Below, piece after piece: positions 17,512 to 28,490 of a stretch of 64,000 bases of DNA. The position numbers and the translations under genes are program-made. Numbering within the stretch: the stretch's first letter is position 1; the number at the start of each line of letters is the position of its first letter. The notes under the pieces are model-generated. The model was not told the DNA's origin and ran no database searches. It worked only from the letters and a program-made list of their open reading frames with translations. Source of the stretch: Candidatus Portnoybacteria bacterium RIFCSPLOWO2_01_FULL_43_11 (GTDB lineage Bacteria > Patescibacteriota > Minisyncoccia > Portnoybacterales > UBA2143); the NCBI GenBank assembly GCA_001819605.1, contig MHNE01000008.1:13054-77053 (forward strand), in the 5' to 3' direction.

Positions 17512-18054
17512 TTATAATTTCTTTACCTGCAAGAAATCAAGCTCCACCGGCGTTTCCCGTCCAAACATAGAAACCAAAACTTTAATCTTTCCTCGGGCTT
17601 CGTCAATTTCAGAGATCTTTCCGTCAAAGTCTTTAAACGGGCCGTCGGTAATTTTTACCGGATCCCCTATTGCCACATCAATTTTATACTTGGGCTCTTC
17701 AACGCCCATTCTTTTTTGAATGGTTTTTATTTCATCCGGAGAAATCGGGGTCGGCACAGTGCCGGCGCCGATAAAGCCGGTTACCCTGGGAGTATTTCTC
17801 ACCACATACCAGGAATCGTCGGTCACTACCATTTCCACCAAAACATAGCCCGGATAAATTTTTTCTTCAACTATCTGTCGTTTGCCCGCTTTAATCTTAA
17901 TCTTTTTTTCTGTCGGCACCAAGACATTAAAAATCTTATCTTCCATTCCCATGCTTTCAATTCTCTGCTTTAAATTTCTGGCCACGGCTTCTTCATAGCC
18001 GGAATATGTATGGAGAACATACCAATTTTTTCCTTGTTCTACTTGTTTCGGCAT
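17512..18054 (-). CDS. nusG: transcription factor NusG
   Basis: [20 protein letters not shown] motif, FGRETPVEL. Confidence 0.98.
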   Translation of the reverse strand: MPKQVEQGKNWYVLHTYSGYEEAVARNLKQRIESMGMEDKIFNVLVPTEKKIKIKAGKRQIVEEKIYPGYVLVEMVVTDDSWYVVRNTPRVTGFIGAGTVPTPISPDEIKTIQKRMGVEEPKYKIDVAIGDPVKITDGPFKDFDGKISEIDEARGKIKVLVSMFGRETPVELDFLQVKKL

Positions 18055-18057
18055 AAT

Positions 18058-18258
18058 TTATATCACAAATTTATTCAATAACCAGGTAAACAAAAAATCC
18101 AAGCCGCCTAAAAAAGCGGCTACGGCCAAGCTAAAACCAATCACAATCAAAGTATATTTAATCGTATCCTGCCGCGTTGGCCAAGTCACCCGCTTTAATT
18201 CAATCCTGACTTCTTTAAGAAAATTAATCGCTTTTGACGGTAAACTTGTAATATTCAT
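18058..18258 (-). CDS. secE: preprotein translocase SecE
   Basis: ELKRVTWPT plus one TM helix, upstream of nusG. Confidence 0.93.
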   Translation of the reverse strand: MNITSLPSKAINFLKEVRIELKRVTWPTRQDTIKYTLIVIGFSLAVAAFLGGLDFLFTWLLNKFVI

Positions 18259-18294
18259 TGGATTTAAAAACCCCGTCAGGGGTTATTTAATTCT

Positions 18295-18323
18295 ATCTTA
18301 GGACTGAATAAAAACTCTGTCAA
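18295..18323 (-). promoter_or_regulatory. secE-nusG-rplK promoter
   Basis: TTGACA-17 nt-TAAGAT. Confidence 0.65.
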
Positions 18324-18367
18324 CCCCCTGTGAATCGGTTAAACGTCGGGTGTTAGTTGTCAGAGGA

Positions 18368-20296
<1,929 letters not shown>

Positions 20297-20299
20297 TCA

Positions 20300-22351
20300 T
20301 TATTTTCTTACTTCCCATCCCCCTTCATTTTCCAAAACCGAAACAATCTTATTATGAATTTTCTCAATTTCTTCATTAGTCAAGGTATGGTCATCGGCCT
20401 GATAAATAATGTGAAAAGCCAAATTCTTTTTAGCTTCTCCAATTTCTTCTCCCTCATAAATATCAAATAAATCCACATCCTGAACCAATGCTCCGCCGGC
20501 TGTTTCAATTAAATTTAAAACTTCTTCTACTTTGGCAGCCGGCTCAACAAGGATCGCGATATCCCTTACAACCGCCGGGTATTTTGAAGGCGGCAAATAT
20601 TCCCTTTCTTCCGTGGCTAATTTCACTAATTTCTCAAAATCTATTTCAAAACCGGCTGCTCGCGATTCAATGCCCAGTCCTTTTAGAACTTCCGGATTTA
20701 TTTCTCCCAGCCAGCCGAGCGAATCTTCGCCGACTTTTATTTCAGCCCTTCTTCCCTGATGAAATAAATCTAAAATTCGGAATCTGGAATCTGAAATCTG
20801 ATCGCTATACCAAATATCGCTAATCCGCAACTTATTTAAAAGAGAATCAACTACCCCTTTTAAACTGTAAAACTCTTGGGCCTCTTTTGGTTTATTTTTC
20901 AAAGCGAAAATTCCGGCCGCTCTTTTTATCTCTTCTTTTTCAAATACTTTTCCTATCTCAAATAATTTTATTTCGTTAAAAAACCTCGAATTGTCCTTAA
21001 CATTCTTTAATAAATTTAATATTAAATTTGGCCGTAAATATCTTTGTTCCTGACTGACCGGATTTTCTACTTCAATTAAATCTGAAATTTGCTCGCCCAT
21101 TACCTGTTTTTCACTGATAAACGAATAATTGTAGACCTCACTAAAGCCAACGCCGATTAAAATTTCTCTTATCCTGTTTTCGTAAAACAAAGATTCATTT
21201 CGCTCCGGCAATATTAAAACAGCAGTTGGTAATTGGGCCGGAATTTTTTCATAGCCGTAAACGCGGCCAATTTCTTCAATCAAATCTTCGGGAAGAGTTA
21301 TATCCATTCGCCGGGTAGGTATTGTAATGCGTAATGCGTAATTTGTAACGCGTAACTCAAAACCCAATTCTTCTAAAATATTTTTAATCTCTTTTATTGA
21401 AACATCAATTCCTAATAATCTTTTAGCTTTTTCTATTTCAAGTTTTATTGTTTTTGGCTTTATTTTCTTTGGATAAATATCAATCATTCCTTGAATAACT
21501 TTTCCTCCTCCTATTTCTTGAATTAAACCAGCCAGCCGATCAATGGCTTCTGACGCCAAATTAGGGTCAAAGCCCTGTTCAAAACGGATTGAGGATTCTG
21601 TGCGCAGTCCCAGTTTCTTTGAAGTTTGCCGGATATTTATCGGAGAAAAATTAGCCGACTCTAAAATAATATTTTTCGTGTTCTGGCTGATCTCCGCTTT
21701 TTTCCCTCCTTTAATGCCGGCAATGGCCAAAGGTTCCCGTATATCACTAATAACTAAAATATCCTGATCAAGCTCGTATTTTTCATTTTCTAAAGTAGTA
21801 ATTTGTTCTCCTTTCTTCGCCCTTCGAACAACAATTCCCTTTTCAACTTTATCAAAATCAAAAGCGTGCAGCGGCTGACCAGTTTCAAACATTACGTAAT
21901 TTGTCGCGTCAACTATATTATTAATAGACTTCTGCCCGATTGCTTCAAGCCGCTCTTTTAACCACTTAGGCGAAGGAGCGACTTTGATGTCAGTTATCAC
22001 CCGGGCGCAGTAACGCGGACATAAATTTTTATCCTGAACCTTTACTTCTAAAAAATCTTTTATCTTTTGCGATTTATCTTCTTTTAACGGAGTCCTGCCT
22101 TTAGGCAGAGAATTGTCTCGCCCTAAAGGGCGGTCTCCAATTATCACTGCTATTTCTCTGGCAACTCCAATATGGCTCAAACAATCATGCGTCCGATTAG
22201 GCAAGACATCAATATCCAAAATCCAGTCGCTGCCTTTTTTCTCCGTTCTTTCCACCTCAAAACTATGCATTGTTAAAACTTCAACCAGTTTTTCTGGAGT
22301 AGGAAGCTTTCCTATAAAAAAAGATTGTAGCCAGTTATAACTTACCTTCAT
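20300..22351 (-). CDS. pheT: phenylalanyl-tRNA synthetase beta subunit (lacks the B2 OB domain)
   Basis: PNRTHDCLSH, NNIVDATNY, GQPLHAFD, DLIEEIGR, C-terminal FDX-ACB domain. Confidence 0.95.
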   Translation of the reverse strand: MKVSYNWLQSFFIGKLPTPEKLVEVLTMHSFEVERTEKKGSDWILDIDVLPNRTHDCLSHIGVAREIAVIIGDRPLGRDNSLPKGRTPLKEDKSQKIKDFLEVKVQDKNLCPRYCARVITDIKVAPSPKWLKERLEAIGQKSINNIVDATNYVMFETGQPLHAFDFDKVEKGIVVRRAKKGEQITTLENEKYELDQDILVISDIREPLAIAGIKGGKKAEISQNTKNIILESANFSPINIRQTSKKLGLRTESSIRFEQGFDPNLASEAIDRLAGLIQEIGGGKVIQGMIDIYPKKIKPKTIKLEIEKAKRLLGIDVSIKEIKNILEELGFELRVTNYALRITIPTRRMDITLPEDLIEEIGRVYGYEKIPAQLPTAVLILPERNESLFYENRIREILIGVGFSEVYNYSFISEKQVMGEQISDLIEVENPVSQEQRYLRPNLILNLLKNVKDNSRFFNEIKLFEIGKVFEKEEIKRAAGIFALKNKPKEAQEFYSLKGVVDSLLNKLRISDIWYSDQISDSRFRILDLFHQGRRAEIKVGEDSLGWLGEINPEVLKGLGIESRAAGFEIDFEKLVKLATEEREYLPPSKYPAVVRDIAILVEPAAKVEEVLNLIETAGGALVQDVDLFDIYEGEEIGEAKKNLAFHIIYQADDHTLTNEEIEKIHNKIVSVLENEGGWEVRK
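22089..22138. repeat. inverted pair of hairpin units in frame within pheT
   Basis: GGAGTCCTGCCTTTAGGCAGAGA-ATTG-TCTCGCCCTAAAGGGCGGTCTCC; first arm identical to 57076-57098. Confidence 0.85.
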
Positions 22352-23325
22352 TAGAACTGTTTGAGAAATCTCAAATCCCCGGAATAAAATAATCTGATAT
22401 CGTCAATCTTGTATTTGATCATGGCTAATCTGTCTAAACCCATGCCAAAAGCAAAGCCCTGCCAAAGATTAGGATTGTATTTCACGGCCTTTAAAACATT
22501 AGGATGAACCATACCGGCGCCCATTAACTCAAGCCAGTCTCCTTTACCCCTTTTTATGTCTATTTCAAACCCCGGCTCAACAAAAGGAAAATAACTTGGT
22601 CTCAAACGGATTTTAATTTCCGGGCCGAAAAATCTTTTAAAAAACTCCTGTAAAATTCCTCTGAAATGAGCCGCGGAAACATCTTTGTCAATCATTAATC
22701 CTTCTATCTGATAAAACTGAACATCATGAGACGCGTCAGTGGCTTCGTGACGAAAAACCCGTCCGGGCGCGATAATTCGCAAAGGAGGATTATGGCTTTC
22801 CATGTAACGAATCTGGACTGGTGAGGTATGAGTGCGCAAAAGCAGTTTTTTGTTTTTTAACCAAAAAGTATCGGTCATGTCTCTGGCCGGATGTTCCGGC
22901 GGCGTGTTTAAAGCGTCAAAATTATAATATTCCGTTTCCGCTTCCGGACCTTCGGCCACTGTAAAACCCATTGATTGAAAAATTTCTTCCGCCTGTTGTC
23001 TGATTTTTGTAATCGGATGAAAGTGGCCAAGAGCCGGTAAAATTCCCGGGGCCGTAATGTCAATCCATCCGTCCTGAACTTCGGATTTTAGATTTCTGAT
23101 CTCTGATTTTTTTTGATTAAAAATATTTTCTAATTCCAGTTTTATTTGATTGGCTAATTTACCTTTCTCGCGGCGTTCTTTTTCCGGTAAATCTTTTAAG
23201 GAACGCAAAACAGCCGTTAATTCGCCTTTGCGGCCAAGAAATTGTCTATATAATTCTTCAAGAGTTTTTAAGTCTTTAGCCCCTTGTATTTCTTTAAGGG
23301 CTTTTTGTTTTAATTCGTTAAGCAT
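22351..23325 (-). CDS. pheS: phenylalanyl-tRNA synthetase alpha subunit
   Basis: HPARD, LRTHTSPVQ, YFPFVEP, GFAFGMG. Confidence 0.97.
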   Translation of the reverse strand: MLNELKQKALKEIQGAKDLKTLEELYRQFLGRKGELTAVLRSLKDLPEKERREKGKLANQIKLELENIFNQKKSEIRNLKSEVQDGWIDITAPGILPALGHFHPITKIRQQAEEIFQSMGFTVAEGPEAETEYYNFDALNTPPEHPARDMTDTFWLKNKKLLLRTHTSPVQIRYMESHNPPLRIIAPGRVFRHEATDASHDVQFYQIEGLMIDKDVSAAHFRGILQEFFKRFFGPEIKIRLRPSYFPFVEPGFEIDIKRGKGDWLELMGAGMVHPNVLKAVKYNPNLWQGFAFGMGLDRLAMIKYKIDDIRLFYSGDLRFLKQF

Positions 23326-23356
23326 AAAACAAAAATTATTCTGGTTAGGTTAATTT

Positions 23357-23728
23357 TTAATTCCTCCTCATTGCCCACCACTCCGCTAATCCCGCTATGG
23401 CCAATAAAGACAAAACATTCCACCAAGCCAGTATCTTTTGGCTTTGTAAAAACATGGCGCCGACTAAAATAACAGCCAAAAGAATCCCCTGCCGAAAAGA
23501 TACATTGGCTTGTCTTATGGTAATGCCCCGCCTATGGCTGACTCTTCTTATAAAAAAACCGATTAAAAATAAAGCGCCGCTAAATCCGATAAAAAGACTT
23601 AGATAAAACAAAGCCAAAACAGGTAAATTACTATTTGATGGTTCAAGATAAATTAAAATAGCCGCCAGCGAGGCCCAAGCCAGCAAAGTGGCCAAAGCCA
23701 TACCGACCACATAAATCCGCATGCCCAT
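23357..23728 (-). CDS. hypothetical 4-TM membrane protein
   Basis: Hydrophobic ORF with SFRQG motif and its own promoter (TTGTCT-17-TAAAAT). Confidence 0.75.
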   Translation of the reverse strand: MGMRIYVVGMALATLLAWASLAAILIYLEPSNSNLPVLALFYLSLFIGFSGALFLIGFFIRRVSHRRGITIRQANVSFRQGILLAVILVGAMFLQSQKILAWWNVLSLLAIAGLAEWWAMRRN

Positions 23729-23786
23729 ATATTTATATTTTACTCTTTTTTATAGATTAAGACAAGAGTCAGCAAAGATAAAAAAC

Positions 23787-23814
23787 TTGCCTAATTAAAT
23801 TTTTTTGTTATAAT
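23787..23814 (+). promoter_or_regulatory. tRNA operon promoter
   Basis: TTGCCT-16 nt-TATAAT with extended TG, 5 nt before the first tRNA. Confidence 0.7.
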
Positions 23815-23819
23815 AAAAA

Positions 23820-23892
23820 CGCGGGGTGGAGCAATTGGAAGCTCGCTGGGCCCATAACCCAGAGGTTGCCGGTTCGAGTCCGGCCCCCGCAA
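23820..23892 (+). tRNA. initiator tRNA-fMet(CAT), CCA not encoded
   Basis: C1:A72 mismatch, three G-C pairs in the anticodon stem, TTCGAGT loop. Confidence 0.93.
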
Positions 23893-23914
23893 CATAAATT
23901 TTTCGCTTTACTAC

Positions 23915-23991
23915 GCCGGGGTAGCTCAACTGGTTAGAGCGTCTGACTCATAAGCAGAAGGTTGTGGGTTCGAGCCCCACCCCCGGTACCA
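23915..23991 (+). tRNA. tRNA with CAT anticodon (elongator Met or Ile2)
   Basis: GCCGGGG/CCCCGGT acceptor, CTCATAA loop, encoded CCA. Confidence 0.88.
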
Positions 23992-23992
23992 T

Positions 23993-24068
23993 GGAGCCGT
24001 AGCGTAGCCCGGTTTAACGCATCTGCTTGTCACGCAGAAGATCGTGGGTTCAAATCCCATCGGCTCCG
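23993..24068 (+). tRNA. tRNA-Asp(GTC)
   Basis: GGAGCCG/CGGCTCC acceptor, TTGTCAC loop, G discriminator. Confidence 0.93.
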
Positions 24069-24073
24069 CCTTT

Positions 24074-24168
24074 GCCCGCCATAGCTGGCTTCGGCGGACG
24101 CAGTCCGCCAGAAGAACGCGACGGCGGGATTCGCCCGCCATAGCTCCGATAACACCGGAGCGAAGACG
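24074..24168. repeat. tandem GCCCGCCATAGCT-type palindromic elements after tRNA-Asp
   Basis: GCCCGCCATAGCT at 24074 and 24133; CCCGCC...GGCGGG and GGCGGAC/GTCCGCC stems. Confidence 0.7.
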
Positions 24169-24192
24169 ACCCGATTTCTATGTTTGAGCCAT

Positions 24193-24222
24193 AAAAACCA
24201 GTATTTAAAGTGCTGGTTTTTT
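24193..24222 (+). terminator. terminator of the tRNA operon
   Basis: AAAAACCAGTA...TGCTGGTTTTTT. Confidence 0.7.
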
Positions 24223-24253
24223 GATTTTAAAAATGATATACTAAAGATAGATT

Positions 24254-24481
24254 ATGGCAAAACCATACTACAAAAAACCTAAATTTGAACTCTATTTAGC
24301 CGACTCTCTTGAGCTTTTAAAAAAGTTTAAGGACAATTCAGTGGATATGATTTTTGCTGATCCTCCCTATTTCCTTTCAAGCGGCACTTTCACCTGTCAA
24401 AATGGCAGAATGGTCAGCGTTAAAAAAGGAGACTGGGATATGAGCAATGGGATAAAAAAAGATTTTGATCTCCACTTTTGA
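24254..24481 (+). pseudogene. truncated N6/N4 DNA methyltransferase (DpnA-like N-terminus)
   Basis: SVDMIFADPPY and VSVKKGDWD, then a stop at 75 aa with no FxGxG motif. Confidence 0.8.
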
Positions 24482-24486
24482 ATGAT

Positions 24487-25221
24487 ATGAAGCAACACGA
24501 AGCAGTAATAAAAGTAATGAAACAAAATGGTGGATTTGCGACACTTGGGTATCTAAACCAAGAAGTTTTGAAGGTACCCGATGTTGAGTGGAAAACAAAA
24601 ACACCTTTTGCGAGTATTCGCCGTATTGTTCAAGACGAGCGATTTTTCTTTAAAATTAAGCCAGGACTGTGGGCGTTATTGTCGCACAAAAATAAGTTGC
24701 CGCAAGACATACTGCCGACCGATATGATGCCTAAGCAGGAGCAGGAGCTTTTCAATCATAGTTATTATCAAGGTTTGCTCGTTGAAGTCGGGAAATTGAA
24801 GCGGTATGAAACTTTTGTACCAAATCAAGATAAGAACAAGCGATTCTTAGGAAAGACGCTTGGAGAAATAAGCTCGCAAACGGATTTTTACCAATTTGGC
24901 TACGACCACATTGTACGAAAGGCGAAAACTATTGACGTTTGCTGGTTCAATGTCCGAAAAATGCCAAGCGTGCTTTTTGAGGTTGAACACTCAACGGATA
25001 TCCAAAATTCACTTCTAAAATTTGTGGAATTACAGGACTTCAACACCAACTTTTTTATAGTTGCAGACAAGGCGAGAAAAGCAGAATATACAGGAAAACT
25101 GGCACTCAACGCTTTTGACCCAATCAAAGAGCGTGTGCAGTTTATAGATTACGATAAATTATCCAAATGGCATACAAAAACTTTTGAGATTGCCAGTGTG
25201 GAAAATAGTCTAATTTTTTAA
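24487..25221 (+). CDS. HTH plus restriction-endonuclease-like protein
   Basis: N-terminal KTPFASIRRIVQ HTH-like region; IDVCW...FEVEHS PD-(D/E)XK-like motif. Confidence 0.6.
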   Translation: MKQHEAVIKVMKQNGGFATLGYLNQEVLKVPDVEWKTKTPFASIRRIVQDERFFFKIKPGLWALLSHKNKLPQDILPTDMMPKQEQELFNHSYYQGLLVEVGKLKRYETFVPNQDKNKRFLGKTLGEISSQTDFYQFGYDHIVRKAKTIDVCWFNVRKMPSVLFEVEHSTDIQNSLLKFVELQDFNTNFFIVADKARKAEYTGKLALNAFDPIKERVQFIDYDKLSKWHTKTFEIASVENSLIF

Positions 25222-25222
25222 T

Positions 25223-25414
25223 ATGGAAATTACCATTAGCCCGTTTTTCGCAAAACTTATTTTACGACTTAATCCGTTTCGTCGCGCTTTTGTGATGTGC
25301 AAAGGATACAGCGATGACTACGAGAATTTTACCGAACTTGTGTGGGAAGATGACAAAGATTTGGATTTTTACGACCGAGAGACCTACCCCAAATTTCAGC
25401 TATGGTTGCTTTAA
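25223..25414 (+). CDS. small hypothetical protein
   Basis: 63-aa ORF starting 1 nt after the upstream stop. Confidence 0.5.
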   Translation: MEITISPFFAKLILRLNPFRRAFVMCKGYSDDYENFTELVWEDDKDLDFYDRETYPKFQLWLL

Positions 25415-25415
25415 C

Positions 25416-25766
25416 CATTCATTTTTTGAAAGTCATTGCTGGAACAAATTAAAATCAATGATCTTTTGCGCGGTTATGTGGCACGGAAAAAATTCCAAAA
25501 AGGCAGAACTATTAGAAGTTGAAAGTTTAGATTTTGCCGAAGATGATCAGCTAATAAATGAAATCAAAGTAGACTATGATCTTATTAGAAAAAAATTAAT
25601 TAAGCATGGTTTTGAAAGCTTAACGGGCAAAGACGGAAAATGGATTCAGACCAGAACAAAAGGGACAGGTGGGATAAATCCACGAACGGGCAAACGCCGT
25701 CCGATTACCCGCGCGTTTTACGCAAGAACAAAATTAGTAAAAAAGATTTTTGAAATGGGAAGATAA
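25416..25766 (+). pseudogene. C-terminal fragment of a MutH/Sau3AI-family endonuclease
   Basis: IKVDYDLIR, IQTRTKG, RAFY motifs; N-terminal half missing. Confidence 0.6.
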
Positions 25767-25830
25767 ATCGTTCTAAAACAAAAAGGTCGGTATTAAATTT
25801 ATAAATTTGGTATAATTCTTAATTATTGAG

Positions 25831-26064
25831 ATGAAAAAATATAAAGTCAGTTTAGCATTAAAAATTCCAGCTAATTTTGAAATTGAAATTAATACCAGCA
25901 CAAAGAAAAAAGCGTTGGAAAAGGCGTTAGAAAAATATCACAACGGAAAATTTAATGAGAAAGATATAACGGATCCTGATTGGGGTAACATAGAATTAGA
26001 CATAAACGAAAATAGCAATATAGATGATATTGGCAATGGTATTTTTATTGAAGAGATAAAATAA
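25831..26064 (+). CDS. small hypothetical protein (possibly DpnD/PcfM-like)
   Basis: MKKYKV...EIEINTSTKKKALEKA pattern; TATAAT upstream. Confidence 0.55.
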   Translation: MKKYKVSLALKIPANFEIEINTSTKKKALEKALEKYHNGKFNEKDITDPDWGNIELDINENSNIDDIGNGIFIEEIK

Positions 26065-26088
26065 ATTTTCAAAAACACTGCTCGTATC

Positions 26089-26112
26089 AAAAAAGCCCTT
26101 TTGGGGCTTTTT
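26089..26112. terminator. bidirectional terminator
   Basis: AAAAAAGCCC-TTTT-GGGGCTTTTT between convergent genes. Confidence 0.75.
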
Positions 26113-26132
26113 ATCTTTCAGGCCATTAATCT

Positions 26133-26666
26133 TCAAAGCGCCATTAAATCTTCAAGGGCTCTTTGATAAATTTTAACGGCGTTTTCAGCGTCTTGACGGG
26201 TGAGGCGGAAATCCGGGTCATGAACAATATTATTCCTGATTTTATGGGCCTGCCAAATCGCGTCAATGTTGGCGATTTGAGCTGAAGTGATTTGCTTTAG
26301 TCTCTCGCCCATATTGTCTCCTTTGTAGCCGGATTTTTTTAGAATATTGTCAAGGATTTTATCCGCTTCAATAATGGCTAATTTTAAATTACTTTCCTCC
26401 CCGCTCTCCAATTTCTTCAAAACCGCGCTCCATTCCCTACTCATTCTTCTTTTTGGCCGGCTTGACGCGCCAACGCTTTTAGTTACTATCTGAACCGAAT
26501 TTTTTATGTCAACCCTTAACTTAATAATCAAAAAAACCAAAGCCGCGAAAAGCATAAAAGAAAGCATTAAAGAAAAACTTTTAATAAATAAAAATGTCCT
26601 CCCCCAATCTGAAGAAGTAAAATGGATTGAAAAATAATCGTAAAGATTAAGAAGTAAAGTCCTCAT
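26133..26666 (-). CDS. conserved-type hypothetical membrane-anchored protein
   Basis: N-terminal TM; AIIEADKILD, GERLK, AHKIRNNIVHD. Confidence 0.8.
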   Translation of the reverse strand: MRTLLLNLYDYFSIHFTSSDWGRTFLFIKSFSLMLSFMLFAALVFLIIKLRVDIKNSVQIVTKSVGASSRPKRRMSREWSAVLKKLESGEESNLKLAIIEADKILDNILKKSGYKGDNMGERLKQITSAQIANIDAIWQAHKIRNNIVHDPDFRLTRQDAENAVKIYQRALEDLMAL

Positions 26667-28071
26667 AAGCTTGAGCAATGTCTAAAATTTTCTCTTCGTC
26701 AAAATGTTTGCCGATAATCTGAAGACCGATTGGCAACTGACCGACTTTCCCGCAAGGGATAGAAACAGCCGGCGCTCCGGCTAAATTTATCGGCACTGTA
26801 AAAATATCTGATAAATACATTTGCAACGGGTCGTCTATTTTTTCTCCGATTTTAAAAGCCGGTGTTGGCGAAACCGGCGTCATTATAACATCCACTTTTT
26901 TAAAGGCCTCGTCAAAGTCTTTTTTAATTAAAGTCCGCATTTTTTGAGCTTTTAAATAATACGCTTCATAATAGCCGGCTGACAAAGCGTAAGCGCCAAG
27001 CATTATTCTTCGCTGCGGCTCGCTTCCAAAACCATGCTGGCGCGTCTTTAAATAAACTTCTAAAAGATTATCCCCTTTTTCTGAAAGTCCGTATTTTATC
27101 CCGTCGTAGCGGGCTAAATTTGCCGAGACTTCAGCCGGCATAATAATATAGTAAGCGGCCAGAGCGTATTCGGTATGAGGCAAACTCACCTCTATAATTT
27201 CAGCGCCCATTTTTTCAAATTTAGAAATTGCTTTTTTGATTACTTCTTCTACTTCCGGGTCTAAACCCTTAATAAAATATTCTTTGGGCAGACCAATTTT
27301 TAAATCTTGTAACTTGAAACTTGAAACTTGAAACTTGTTTTTGAATTCTACGCTTGTTGAATCCAGCCCATCTTTTCCGCTAATTGCTTCTAAAACAATT
27401 TTTGCGTCTTTGGCGGTTTTGGTTATTGGCCCAATCTGGTCCAAAGACGAAGCCATGGCCATGAGTCCATATCGCGAAACCCGGCCGTAAGTTGGTTTTA
27501 AACCGACCACGCCGCAAAAACTGGCCGGCTGGCGAATTGAGCCGCCGGTGTCAGAACCAAGAGCGTAAATACACTCATTGGCGGCTACTGCCGCGGCAGA
27601 ACCGCCGGAGCTTCCGCCCGGCACCCTTTCCAAATCATGAGGATTTCTGGTAATTCCAAAAGCGGAATTTTCCGTAGAAGATCCCATGGCAAATTCATCC
27701 AAATTTGTTTTCCCGACTATCACGGCTCCGGCTTTTTTAAATTTTTTAATTACCGTAGCGTCATAAGGCGCGATATGATTTTCTAAAATTTTTGAAGCGG
27801 CCGTGCATTTTACGTCTTCAACTAAAATAACATCTTTAACAGCTACCGGGATTCCTTCTAAAACTCCTATTTCTTCTCTTTTTTTAATTTTCTCATCAAC
27901 TTTTTTCGCTTGCTCTAAAGCCAAGTCTTCAGTAACGGTTAAATATGCCCCAATATCTTTGTCTCGTTTTTTAATCTGCTCTAAAACAGCCTCAGTCAAC
28001 TCTCCTGCGGAAAAATCTTTATTTTTGAGACCCTTATGCGCTTGTTGAATAGTTAGTTGGTTTAATGACAT
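26647..28071 (-). CDS. gatA: Asp/Glu-tRNA amidotransferase subunit A
   Basis: GKTNLDEFAMGSS, GGSSGGSA, GSDTGGSIRQPA. Confidence 0.97.
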   Translation of the reverse strand: MSLNQLTIQQAHKGLKNKDFSAGELTEAVLEQIKKRDKDIGAYLTVTEDLALEQAKKVDEKIKKREEIGVLEGIPVAVKDVILVEDVKCTAASKILENHIAPYDATVIKKFKKAGAVIVGKTNLDEFAMGSSTENSAFGITRNPHDLERVPGGSSGGSAAAVAANECIYALGSDTGGSIRQPASFCGVVGLKPTYGRVSRYGLMAMASSLDQIGPITKTAKDAKIVLEAISGKDGLDSTSVEFKNKFQVSSFKLQDLKIGLPKEYFIKGLDPEVEEVIKKAISKFEKMGAEIIEVSLPHTEYALAAYYIIMPAEVSANLARYDGIKYGLSEKGDNLLEVYLKTRQHGFGSEPQRRIMLGAYALSAGYYEAYYLKAQKMRTLIKKDFDEAFKKVDVIMTPVSPTPAFKIGEKIDDPLQMYLSDIFTVPINLAGAPAVSIPCGKVGQLPIGLQIIGKHFDEEKILDIAQAYEDFTS

Positions 28072-28097
28072 CAAGAATTTTTAAATATTTTGAATTT

Positions 28098-28388
28098 TTA
28101 TAGAATCGCTTTCACCTTCACATATCCATCCCTTCTCTTTGGCGCTAATTTTAATATCTTTTCCCGCTGTTCTCTGTTTGTATCCCCTGCCCTGTCTTCC
28201 CTCATCACATTTTGAAGTCCGGTAATATGGGCGGTTGGTTCAACTCCCTTTGTATCCACTTCATTCAATTTTTCCACAAAACCCAAAATAGAAGAAAGTT
28301 CTTTTCCGAATTTCTCCTTTTCTTTTTCCGTTATTCCCAGCCGCGCCAACTTCGCCACATGTTCAACCTGTTGTTTGGAAAGTTTCAT
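28098..28388 (-). CDS. gatC: Asp/Glu-tRNA amidotransferase subunit C
   Basis: VAKLARL, VEPT, MRED; upstream of gatA. Confidence 0.93.
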   Translation of the reverse strand: MKLSKQQVEHVAKLARLGITEKEKEKFGKELSSILGFVEKLNEVDTKGVEPTAHITGLQNVMREDRAGDTNREQREKILKLAPKRRDGYVKVKAIL

Positions 28389-28433
28389 TTTAACTGATTT
28401 TATATTAACAATTTTAAATTAAAGAAGCAACCT

Positions 28434-28464
28434 AAAAGCCAGCCAAACGGCTGGCGCTTTTTTT
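28434..28464. terminator. terminator-like hairpin after ligA
   Basis: AAAA-GCCAGCC-AAAC-GGCTGGC-GCTTTTTTT. Confidence 0.6.
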
Positions 28465-28490
28465 ATGTTTCGGGTTTCAGGAATTATCTT

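Noticed and set aside
18259-18367. tRNA-Trp expected upstream of secE
   Set aside because: No cloverleaf; only a promoter and a short AACCCC/GGGGTT hairpin.
23926-24141. 71-aa minus-strand ORF
   Set aside because: Antisense shadow of the tRNA genes.
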